Below are positions 12,001 to 22,458 of a stretch of 64,000 bases of DNA, piece after piece. The position numbers and the translations under genes were made by a program. The stretch covers positions 806,001 through 870,000 of the forward strand of contig JBLDXI010000016.1 in the NCBI GenBank assembly GCA_047495785.1, in the 5' to 3' direction. Origin of the DNA: Lepidodermella squamata. Its lineage: Eukaryota; Animalia; Gastrotricha. Numbering within the stretch: the stretch's first letter is position 1; the number at the start of each line of letters is the position of its first letter. The notes beneath the pieces are model-generated. The model saw only the letters and a program-made list of their open reading frames with translations. It had not been told where the DNA came from and searched no databases.

Positions 12001-15000
12001 CACCCGCAGTTGAACGAGAATAAAGTTTTGAAACCAAGGCATAGCTGGCAGCGTTTTTCGGACAAGGTCGATGCCCGTATCATTGGCTGTCTGTACCAAA
12101 GTAGCACTCAGTTGCCTGTAGATTGGGCTGAAGCGCACGTAGAGGCCGACAAAGCGACTTAAATCCACGCCAAAGTAATAAGCTGGGTCGCGTGAACAAC
12201 AAAATTGTATTCGTTTGATTCAGGAAAATCCTATACTTACCTTTATTCAAGGGTCTTGGAATCGAAGCGTTGTTCGCAATAAAAATCATGAACCCATCAG
12301 CGGTCTGGTTGTCTCGAGAGTCGATGTTCACCAAAACTTCGATGAAATAATCATCAATATCGAATTCCTAAAAATTGAGAATTAATTTTTTTTATTTCTT
12401 TAATAAATAAACTGTCTTGTTAGGTCTTTGCTAACAAATATGGGGTCTAACTTTTTTGTTCCAAAGCCCAGTGTCGCGCCTTATGATGCCTTCGGAAGAC
12501 AAACGAGTGGTATTTCCAGGTTGCCCTGTTGTGTTGAGATTCGGCATTGTTATGTAGTCCCAATAGGCCGGCCTATCAAATTCGTGGTTGATGAGGGACA
12601 TTTCCGGGACTAAAATACCGCATTGCAACACGCCTTGACCTTTAACAAGGTTGGATTCGATCAGAATAACGAGTAGGCAAAGCTGAGGTTCGAACATTCG
12701 CGCAACAATTCTCAAATTCCTGATCCGAAGAAAAATTAGAACTGCGAATTGTTCTCATGTCCTGCGCGTGAGATTTCGAATTTGTTTATCTCATGAAAAT
12801 GTTAATAGCTAGCTCTTGCTTGGCTTTTTTCTTGTTTTTCCTTGATCATCACACGATCATCTCATGAATAAATTGGTGAATGCCCAGGTCAAGTCAGAGT
12901 CCATCATTATTTATTCATGTCATGAGTTCGTTTCGAATATCGTAATCAAGTCGAATTCATCATACTATGATGATCATAGAATTTTTAATCTTTGCCGGCA
13001 AATTTCTATCTGGCCGTAAAACCCCGATAAAACTCGAAAAATCCGAGAATTTCGGAATTTTGTCGAAATTTTATTTAATGTAATTTTATAATTTTAGGTC
13101 CGCCGACTCCTGAAAGTCGTACTTTGCTTCTCACCCGTCGGCTCCACTCTACGTGTCCGAGGGCGTAAATTCCCAGCCCTGACCAATTGCACGCAAATCG
13201 ATTGGTTCCACGAATGGCCGGAGGATGCGCTTATCTCCGTATCCCGCCGCTTCGTCGACGACATCGAGCTGCTGAACACAGAGATGAAAGACTCAGTCTC
13301 GCAGTTCATGGCCTTTGTCCACAAATCCGTCAACGAACTCAGCCAAACTTACCTGGCTAACGACAAGCGCTACAACTACACGACCCCGAAGTCTTTCCTC
13401 GAGCAAATTTCGTTGTATAGACGTCTTCTAACCAAGAAATTCAGCGAGTTACAGCAAATGAAACAGCGTTTAGAAAACGGTGTCGAACGCCTGAAATCAG
13501 CATCGGAACAGGTCGCTGATCTCAAGGATAAACTCAAGGCCCAGGAGGTTGTAGTCCGCGAGAAGAACGCCGAAGCTGAGCGTTTGATCAAAATTGTAGC
13601 AGAGGAGGCTGAAAAAGTCAACAAAGAAAAGGAAATTGCGGATGTTGAAAAGGTGAAAGTCGCTGCGATTACTGAGGAGGTATCGAAGAAGCAGCAAGAT
13701 TGCCAGGCTGATCTAGCCAAGGCCGAGCCGGCTTTGATTGCGGCTCAGGAGGCGCTGAACACCCTGGATAAGAATAACTTGACTGAATTGAAGTCTTTCG
13801 GCTCGCCGCCGGCTGCTGTTTCAAACGTAACAGCTGCTGTGATGGTGTTGCTAGCCCCGGGTGGTAAAGTCCCGAAGGATAGATCGTGGAAGCAGAGCAA
13901 AATCATGATGGGTGCGGTCGATAAGTTTTTGGAGCAGCTGAAGACCTACGACAAGGAGCACATCCATGAGAATGCTTACAAGGTGCGTTTTTTCTCGAAA
14001 AAATATCAAATCAAGATTTTGGATCTATTTAACATGGATCAAATTCTATCGTAAAAAATAACTATTTTTTGTCGAGATCAAATCAAGATCAAATGAGGTG
14101 TTTTGTTGAGATTTGATGCAAATTTGATCTTGCTGCTTTGATCCAAAACTTTCGAAAAAATCGCGAATTTTTATTTGATCTGAATTTGATTTATTGATTT
14201 ATTGAATTATATTCCTTATTTTGTATTTATAGGCTTCGATGGAATACATCAAGAACCCAGATTTCAACCCAGATTTCATCAAAGGCAAATCACTTGCCGC
14301 CGGTGGTCTATGCGCCTGGGTCGTTAATATCATCAAGTTCTACGATGTCTACTGCGAGGTCGAGCCGAAGCGTATCGCTTTGGAGAAGGCCAACGAAGAG
14401 TTGAAACAGGCCCGCGACAAATTGGCCGGTCTTCAGGCCCGTATTGCTGTTCTCGAGGAGTCGAAAGCTCGCCTACAGGCCGAGTATGAGCATGCTTCGA
14501 ATGAGAAACGCAAATGCGAGGAAGAAGCCGAGACTACTTTCAAGGTATTTTTCGTTCGCTTTTCGTTTATATTTCTTTGTTGCATAGGAACCTGGTAAAT
14601 TAAAAAATGTCGAATTTTTGACAGCCACGATTTTCAAGATTTTTCCTGAGTTTTGTTCTTTATAAAAATCCTGAAAATAACTCGGAAAATGGAATAAATA
14701 TTCTGATACAGTTTTTACTATATTTCTTTATTTTCTCTCTTTTCAAGACAATCGAGCTGGCTAATCGCTTCGTCAGCGGTCTCGCCTCAGAAAACGTTCG
14801 TTGGTCCGAGAACATCCAACGTTTCGAGGAAGAAGAAAAATTCATCCCAGGCGATGTCCTTCTCCTCACCGCCTTCATTTCCTACGTCGGCTACTTCACC
14901 AAAAACTACAGAGTCGACTTGATGAACAAATATTGGATCCCGTTCTTAACTGGCGGCGTGAAATACCCGATCCCAATAACACCAGACGCCGACCCGCTGC

Positions 15001-18000
15001 GACTCATCGTCGATGATGCGAACATTGCTGAGTGGCAGAATCAAAACCTGCCCGCTGATCGCGTTTCGATCGAAAACGCTGCTGTCTTACTGAACTGTGA
15101 TCGCTGGCCTTTGATCATCGACCCGCAGCTACAGGGCATCAAATGGATCAAAACGAGATACGGCGAGGATCTAAAAGTGATCAGATTGGGCCAGAAGGGC
15201 TATTTAGATACCCTGGAACGCGCCATTTCAGCCGGCGATGTTGTTTTCATTGAAAATATCGGCGAGTCGATTGAGCCGGTGTTGAACTCAGTCCTAGGTC
15301 GTAATACGATCAAAAAGGGCACGGCGATCAAAATCGGCGAGAAGGAGGTTGAATACAATCCGAAATTCCGGCTGATCCTTCAGACTAAACTTGCGAACCC
15401 GCATTACCAGCCTGAAATGCAGGCCCAGACTACGCTGATCAACTTCACGGTAACTCGAGACGGTCTCGAGGAGCAGCTGCTAGCCTCTGTCGTCGCTAAG
15501 GAACGGCCTGATCTCGAAAAAATGAAGTCTGAATTGACGAGAAAACAAAACGAGGATAAAATCACGCTGAAACAGCTTGAAGATGACTTGTTGAAAATGC
15601 TCTGGTCCGCTCAGGGTAATTTCCTCGGGAATTACGCATTGGTCGAGAATTTGGAGCGGACAAAGCGAACGTCGTCTGAAATTGAAGAGCGAGTGCGTGA
15701 GGGCAAAGTGACTGAGGTGAAAATTAACGAGGCGAGGGAGTTGTACCGAGTTTTGGGCGCCCAGGCGTCGCTCGTCTACTTCTGCATGAACGATCTGTGG
15801 CAGATCAATCCGATGTACCAGTTCTCGTTGAAGGCCTTCAGAACGGTTTTCGAAAAAGCTATCGACAGGTTAGTGAGGCTTCATTTAATTTATATTATTT
15901 TTGAAATAAAGAGCGCAGCTTTCGCTTTAGCGCCCTGGGTCGCCTAGAGAATTGGTGATGATACATACCTTAGACACAAATTTAAATTCGCAGATGGTTA
16001 ATTATCTTGACATCAACACTTTGAGAGCCTTCAAAAATCTTGAATGATCTAAGCCTAGCGTACAATTAACCACGCAAATTTTTAGTCAGTACTGAGAATT
16101 TAATGTATACAGAGTCAACTGATCGATTCTCGCTACGTTGATTTTGAATTACATTCCAAAATCTTTTACAAATCTTGAATTAATGAATTTTTTTAAAATG
16201 AATTCCTTATGAAGAAGTTAATTTAATATTATTCCATGCTCATTTAAATATTGCATTGTTCGGTCGCCTGACATTTGAGTCCCGCGACACTTGCGCCCCG
16301 ACAATTGAGTACCGACATTTGCGCCCAGGTTTAACTTGCGCCCGACGACATTTGCGCCCATTTATAAAAATAATAAATTTATTTCAACTTGCGCCCAAGC
16401 TGGCGACACTTGCGTCCAAAAACACTTCCGCCCCGGACTCAACTGTCGCCGAAATTAAATAAATAGATAGATAGCATAAACAACACAACGGGGTAGAGGT
16501 TAGAAATGTGGTGACCAATTTCCATTTTTGAATGCTATTTTGGGGTCCACAACCCTCTGGTTGTTTCACCGACTTCCATTTAGGGGTAACGAAAACCGTT
16601 CGTTATCGTCGTGAACAGAATTTTCTTCATCAATTTTCTCTCCCGAATCCGAAGCTGAAGTGAAAACCGCATCATAATTCCTCTTGGTTCGGAGGTATTG
16701 AAATAATGCGAGGCGAGAAATTAGGTACGGCGACAAAACAGCAACTTCGCGAAACAGCAAATGCGACGAAACAGCAAATTTTTAATTTCGCGACAAAACA
16801 GCGAAAACTTACTATGTAAAAGCTTACTATGTAAAAGATGCATCGTGTTTCTGCTGTTATGCCGCAAGTTGAAAAAGTTGCTGTTTTGTCGCGTTTGCTG
16901 TTTTGTGTATTTGCTGTTTTGACGGTCTGCCGTAATATTTGGCACAACAAAATATAACTATAACACGTAACAACGTAATATAACACGTAACACGTAACAA
17001 AATATAACTATAACAGCGAGCAAATTCGGAATAAAGCTGGGCGCAAGTGTCGCAGATGATTGGGCGGAAATGTCGCGGGCTGAACTCAAGTGTCGCCGGG
17101 CGCTTCTGTCGTGTTTGCAAATGTCGCCCCTGAATATTTTAGTTTGGGCGCAAATGTCTCGTACTCAAGTGTCGTTTTTAAAACGGGGCGCAAGTGTTTT
17201 TGGGCTCATTTGTCGGGGCGCAAGTGACGGGGCTCAAGTGTTGCGGTACTCATTTGTCGGCACACCCATTGTTCTCTATTTGATTGCCAATAAGGACATC
17301 ACATTGCACAGTGCCTGTTGTACTTGTGAGCAAAAGATTTCTAATTTGAAACCAAATTGCCTGTTTGAATACTCATAAAGATTGTCTTAGTCTTAGGTTG
17401 TCTTTCATTTGCGCAAGTAATACATGTGTGTATAAGGTATGTACGGTAGCAAATTTTCAATCATCTGAGCGCCTTAGCTTTGCGTTTTACGCGCTCTTGA
17501 ATTTCTCTAATATTTCTTACGGATTTATTTAATAACGTCAATTAATTTCTGATTTTTCGTCTTTTAGGGCTGAACCAGCTGAAGATTTGAAGGAGCGAGT
17601 CAATAATTTGCAAGACTGCATTACGTACTCGATATGGCTGTACACAACTCGAGGCCTGTTCGAGAAGGACAAGCTCATCTTCACCAGCCAGATGACCTTC
17701 CAGATCCTACTCCAACAAAAGGAAATCCTCCCCTTGGAACTAGATTTCCTCCTCCGATTCCCGATTCAAGTCAACGTTACATCACCTGTTGATTTCCTGA
17801 ATCACACGAATTGGGGCGGTATCAAGGCCCTGGCTGCAATGGAAGAGTTCAAAAATCTCGACCGCGACATTGAAGGCTCGGCGAAGCGTTGGAAGAAATT
17901 TGTCGAGTCTGAAATTCCTGAGAAGGAAAAATTCCCGCAGGAATGGAAAAACAAAACCGCTCTACAGCGGCTGTGCATGATGCGAGCGTTGAGGCCTGAT

Positions 18001-21000
18001 CGCATGATTTACGCGATTCAGAATTTCATCGAGGAAAAACTAGGCGCGAAATACGTCCAAGGATCGGGTATACCATTTGCGAAATCTTTCGAAGAGTCAG
18101 ACTCGCAGACTTCGATTGTGTTCATCCTATCGCCTGGTGTCGATCCGCTGAAGGATGTCGAAGCGCTGGGCAAGAAGTTGGGATTCATGGGCGATTTGGG
18201 CAATTTCCAGAACATTTCGCTCGGACAGGGCCAGGAAATTGTCGCCGAGAATGCGCTGGAAGTCGGCTGCAAGGAAGGCCACTGGGTCGTCCTTCAAAAT
18301 ATTCAGTAAGAAATTCGAAAAAATTCATGCTGAAATTGAATTTTTCAATTTTTTTCATTTTGAATTTACCTCGAATTTTATTTCAAATTTTCAGAAATTT
18401 TCAATTAAATCTCATGTAAAATTTTATGCGGAATTCAAAGTTTGAAACTTCAAAAATGTTTATGGACAAAATAAAAAATTCAAATTTTTCGGACAACTTC
18501 GCGAATGTTTTAATTATATTTCACTGTAATTTAGCTTGGTCGCTAAATGGCTGCCTACTCTTGACCGGAAGCTCGAAGAATCCCAATTGGCCGCTAACGA
18601 GAACTTCCGCGTATTCCTCAGTGCCGACCCGCCACCAGACGGCTTCCCTGAGGCTCACGTCATTCCGCAGGGTATTCTCGAATCAGCCATCAAAATCACG
18701 AACGAAGCGCCAACTGGCATGATGGCAAACTTGCACAAGGCGCTGGACAACTTCACGCAAGAAACGCTTGAAATGTGCTCACGCGAGTCTGAGTTCAAGG
18801 TCATCCTTTTCTCGCTGTGCTACTTTCACGCTACAGTTTGCGAGCGCAGGAAATTCGGTCCTCAGGTGAGCAAATTTTGAAATTTTCTAACATTTTAATT
18901 TTTGTTTCGAAATTTTGAAAATTTGAAATTTCTTTTAAAACTCATCATAAAAATATGAGTAATTTTGAAAAAAAGAAAACCTGAAAAACCCGATCGGAAC
19001 AGTTTTGGTAATGTTCGGTAATTTTCTGGTTTTTTCCCATATACCGGCTGTTTTCTATACTTTCGTTTAATTTTTGTGCTTTTTCAGGGCTGGAATCGAT
19101 CGTACCCTTACAACGTGGGTGATCTGACCATCTCAGTCTCGGTGTTGTACAACTACCTGGAAGCCAACTCTAAAGTGCCATGGGAAGATTTGCGCTACCT
19201 CTTTGGTGAAATCATGTACGGCGGCCATATAACCGACGAATGGGATCGAAAACTGTGCCGAACCTACCTCGAAGAGTACATGAACCCGTCGATGCTGGAC
19301 GGCGAGCTGAACCTAGCACCCGGGTTCCCGTCCCCGCCCAACTCGGACTACAAGGGCTACCACGCTTACATCGACGAAACCCTGCCGCCCGAGTCACCCT
19401 ATCTCTACGGCCTGCACCCGAACGCTGAAATCGGGTTTTTGACGCAACGAGCTGATACGCTGTTCCGCATTGTCTTCGAGATGCAGCCGCGTGATACGGG
19501 CGCGTCGGGTGAGCGCGGCCAGACTAAGGAGGAGAAGATTCGCCAGGTGTTGGACGACATCTATCAGCGCTTGCCGGATGAGTTCAATATGGTTGAACTT
19601 ATGGCGAAGGTTCCGCCGGAGGAGAGAACGCCTTATGTTGTCGTGGCATTCCAGGAGGCTGAGCGTATGAACATGCTGACGGGTGAAATTAGACGGTCAC
19701 TGAAGGAACTCGACCTTGGTCTCAAAGGTAAGAAAAAAAATTCGTTAAATCCAATTGGTTTTCCCTGAACTCTCAATTTTAACAGCAAAGTCTCATACAT
19801 AAATTTTAAAATTTTAAAATATTCCAGAACGAACATTTTGAAATGTTGAATTTATCGGAAAATTTTATTGGATTTCAAATTTCAAATGAATTCTGAGAAC
19901 TCATTCTTCATTTTTTAATTTAATTTAAATTGAATTAAATTTTAATTGTATTCCCATCGTTAACCTGAACTTTTTCTATTTCAGGCGAGCTGACCATTAG
20001 CTCCGACATGGAAGAGCTGAGCAACGCCCTGTTCCTGGACAGTGTCCCGCCAGCCTGGTCACGCCGAGCCTTCCCGTCGCTCTACGGCCTCGCCCAGTGG
20101 TACAACGACCTGTTGATGCGCGTGAAAGAACTTGAAACGTGGACATCCGACTTCCAACTGCCGGCTGCCGTATGGCTGGGTGGCCTCTTCAACCCGCAGT
20201 CTTTCCTAACAGCTATCATGCAGCAAATGGCGCGCAAAAACGAGTGGCCGCTCGACCGCATGTGCCTGCAGGTTGAAGTCACGAAGAAACAACGCGAAGA
20301 CATGGGTGGTCCGCCTCGAGAGGGTGCCTACGTTTGCGGCCTCAACATGGAGGTAAGAAGATGCGAAAAGATGAAGCACATTTGATCGATGAAACTATTG
20401 AAATTTTGTGAGATCAAAGATTTATCAGCTTTTTGATCAAATTCCACGAGCTTCTGTTTTTGAGATCAATTTTGGATCTAATGCGGATCAGCATATAAGA
20501 CATTTGATTCCAATTTGACCTTGTTATTTATTATTTATTATTATTTATTATTTAAATTGGATCAAAATCATATCAAATTTTTGACAAACGAATCATGAGA
20601 AGCTATTCACGATTTTTGCTGTTCTCTTTTCATTCAGGGTGCTCGATGGGACATGCAGACTGGTATGATTGCGGAGGCTCGTCTGAAAGAACTGACGCCT
20701 GCCATGCCTGTCGCCTTCATTAAAGGTGAGTCAGACTTCCGAATTAGTTTAAGGGAAATTAGGATCACGAGATGGGGCTAGCCGCTTCCGCGTGTACCGC
20801 CCTGGAAAGTGAACTTGCCCTCAGTAGAGACGACACAAAATATGATGTCACCGTAATAAGCAATTTTTTGACATTTTTCAGCCATACCTGTCGACCGGCA
20901 AGACCTGCGTAATATGTACGAATGTCCTGTTTACAAGACAAAATCTCGCGGTCCAACTTTCGTGTGGACTTTCCCGCTCAAAACCAAGGAGAAGCCAGCG

Positions 21001-21042
21001 CGCTGGGTGCTGGCTGGTGTCGCTATTCTTCTGCAGGTCTAA
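1..21042 (+). CDS. DNAH9: Axonemal outer-arm dynein heavy chain, beta type (DNAH9/DNAH11/DNAH17 family); 5' end lies outside the window
   Basis: Twenty in-frame GT-AG exons: <1-438, 763-1058, 1260-1486, 1691-2359, 3830-4250, 4775-5082, 5589-6098, 6673-7599, 7839-8228, 8312-8626, 8815-9582, 13098-13982, 14233-14544, 14748-15868, 17568-18305, 18535-18865, 19088-19727, 19985-20352, 20638-20725, 20882-21042. P-loops [16 protein letters not shown] (x2), GVGGSGKQ; WGCFDEFNR; ITMNPGYAGR; coiled-coil stalk; C-terminus [31 protein letters not shown] typical of the beta/DNAH9-17 clade. The symbol is family-level only. Confidence 0.96.
2686..3378. mobile_element. Candidate non-autonomous element with ~90-bp imperfect terminal inverted repeats flanked by TTAA (piggyBac-like MITE), or two inverted copies of a dispersed repeat
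   Basis: TTAA(2682-2685)-CCATCTGCGAATTATATTTGTGTCTAAGGTATGTATCCTTA...TGTGTCTCAGGGCGCTTACGCGAAAGCTGTGCCC(2772); the reverse complement is at 3289-3378, followed by TTAA (3379-3382). Lies in dynein intron 2360-3829. Confidence 0.55.
9783..12697 (-). CDS. Divergent Cys-loop pentameric ligand-gated ion channel subunit with an N-terminal L-type lectin-like domain and Ser/Thr-rich linker (685 aa), nested antisense in a dynein intron
   Basis: Exons 12697-12452, 12367-12241, 12182-11980, 11683-11208, 10788-9783 join in frame at GT-AG sites (2058 nt). Signal peptide [20 protein letters not shown]; [10 protein letters not shown] loop; Cys-loop [15 protein letters not shown] (C-x13-C); four TM helices ([70 protein letters not shown]). 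The channel call is firm; the lectin call rests on motif resemblance. Confidence 0.88.
15911..16001 (-). repeat. Third copy of the ~90-nt repeat seen at 2682-2772 and 3289-3382
   Basis: Reverse complement reads TTAACCATCTGCGAATTTAAATTTGTGTCTAAGGTATGTATC...CAGGGCGCTAAAGCGAAAGCTGCGCTC. Confidence 0.85.
16262..17266. mobile_element. Foldback-type MITE with an 8-bp target-site duplication and inverted arrays of a ~15-bp motif
   Basis: CATTGTTC is duplicated at 16254-16261 and 17267-17274. Termini are GG...CC. The left arm has CGACACTTGCGCCC-like units (16262-16452) and the right arm their reverse complements GGGCGCAAGTGTCG (17038-17266). Confidence 0.8.
16724..16931. mobile_element. Small palindromic MITE nested in the 16262-17266 element
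   Basis: The left arm repeats GCGACAAAACAGCAA and the right arm TTGCTGTTTTGTCGC; GG...CC ends; no clean TSD seen. A short tandem array (AACAAAATATAACTATAACACGT) follows at 16946-17015. Confidence 0.65.
17406..17496 (+). repeat. Fourth, diverged copy of the ~90-nt repeat
   Basis: CATTTGCG...TGTGTGTATAAGGTATGTA...GAGCGC...GCGCTC keeps the same block order and a terminal stem. Confidence 0.65.
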
Positions 21043-21597
21043 AATGCACCAGAGGACGATGAAAAAACCTGACATAAATCCTTATATAATATTTTAATTT
21101 AGTCTTCCTTATGAATCTATATTTAGTTGTACCCGAACTCCGAAATTGCGGAGTTGAAGCTGATTTTTTAGTTCCGTAATTTTCAAATTTTTAATTTTCG
21201 GAGCTATTTATAAATACTCGAACAATGAGTGCCTAAAATACTGCTTTTAGTGTAAAATTTTGCATACAATATTTCCATCAATGGACCATTCCCCTTTTTG
21301 TGATAAAAATTTTATTATTTATGTACCTTATGAACGTTGTGATGTAATAAAATTACCCGAAGCGGATATTACAAAAAACGTATTCACGTGTAATTTTGCG
21401 TTTGTCGCAGCGGAAATTCCTCGTTTTTACTGGTATTATTACGAAAAGTGAGCCGAGGAACTGTTGGGCACAAAGATCAAAGCCGCTCCTCCTCATTACT
21501 GGGACAAAGTCACGTTTGCAGTATCAGTCAGCTCGTTAACGGGTGACATACACATTCTTGATCCAGACCCCTTATTCATCATAAGTCACGTTGAAGA

Positions 21598-21922
21598 CAA
21601 GGGAAGGAAGGGAAACTCAATTAAATGCAAAAAGTTTTTTAGGGTAAACTCATCACTAATTCACTTTTTCAAGACGCTGAAAACAGCCTCGGAATCAGCT
21701 CGACGAGGAGAAGACGTTAGGCTATTAAAACGCGGAGAAAAACTGATTTTCTGATTTTTAAATTTTCCAAAAATAATTATTTCTCCGCGTTTTAATAGCC
21801 TAACGTCTTCTCCTCGTCGAGCTGATTCCGAGGCTGTTTTCAGCGTCTTGAAAAAGTGAATTAGTGATGAGTTTACCCTAAAAAACTTTTTGCATTTAAT
21901 TGAGTTTCCCTTCCTTCCCTTG
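21598..21922. mobile_element. Young palindromic hAT-like MITE (325 bp, 143-bp inverted arms)
   Basis: Arms 21598-21740 and 21780-21922 are reverse complements, with CAAGGG...CCCTTG termini. The 8-bp TSD GTTGAAGA is at 21590-21597 and 21923-21930. Confidence 0.92.
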
Positions 21923-22032
21923 GTTGAAGATTCCTCTAGTCGCTGTGTGATCTCACAATTTGCTAATTCAAACATATACAATATACAATTGCATATTTGT
22001 TTGTCTTTAGGGATAGATATTTATTCACATCG

Positions 22033-22458
22033 ATGGCTTCAAAAACAGGTCAAAAGCGCTTCTACGCTCTCGCTCTAGTTTGTCTCCTTGCTTTAGGCTT
22101 CATTTGCCCAGCACGCTCTGTTCCAATCGAGAATTATCCATTAACGTCAACAAATGGCCAAGCCTTCGACCCAGTCGCTCTGCTGGCAGGCAGCAAATCT
22201 CGCCACTGCTCAGATTGGATCAAGCGAACTCTGGCGAAGAACAAAACTCTGTCATTGAAAACGCTGGCTGCGGCTCTGGTAGCCGGTGTCTCGAAATCGT
22301 TGACGGCAGACTTTTACATCAACTGCATCGCGCCGAACAGGCAAGCTATGTTAGCGAAGCAGCAGAAGCCCGTTGAAACGCCCAAGGTACAAGTTGTGGA
22401 GCAATCAGCGCGGAGATTGTCTTTCGGTCGTCTGCCTAATTCGTCAATGTTGCTGTAA
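22033..22458 (+). CDS. Small secreted protein of unknown function (141 aa as a single exon; 3' structure uncertain)
   Basis: ATG follows an acceptor-like TTTAG. Clear signal peptide (RFYALALVCLLALGFICPARS) and two Cys in the mature part. Exon-like segments downstream (22616-23100) are interrupted by stops. Confidence 0.55.
   Translation: MASKTGQKRFYALALVCLLALGFICPARSVPIENYPLTSTNGQAFDPVALLAGSKSRHCSDWIKRTLAKNKTLSLKTLAAALVAGVSKSLTADFYINCIAPNRQAMLAKQQKPVETPKVQVVEQSARRLSFGRLPNSSMLL

Noticed and set aside
16262-17266. CRISPR-like short repeats
   Set aside because: Eukaryotic intron, degenerate ~15-bp units without unique spacers, inverted arrangement with a TSD, and no cas genes: a MITE.
829-20303. 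Many minus-strand and alternative-frame ORFs over dynein exons
   Set aside because: They are shadows of GC-rich coding exons, with no independent motifs or splice logic.
21464-21981. Two ORFs on opposite strands sharing the same peptide
   Set aside because: Artefact of the perfect palindromic MITE.
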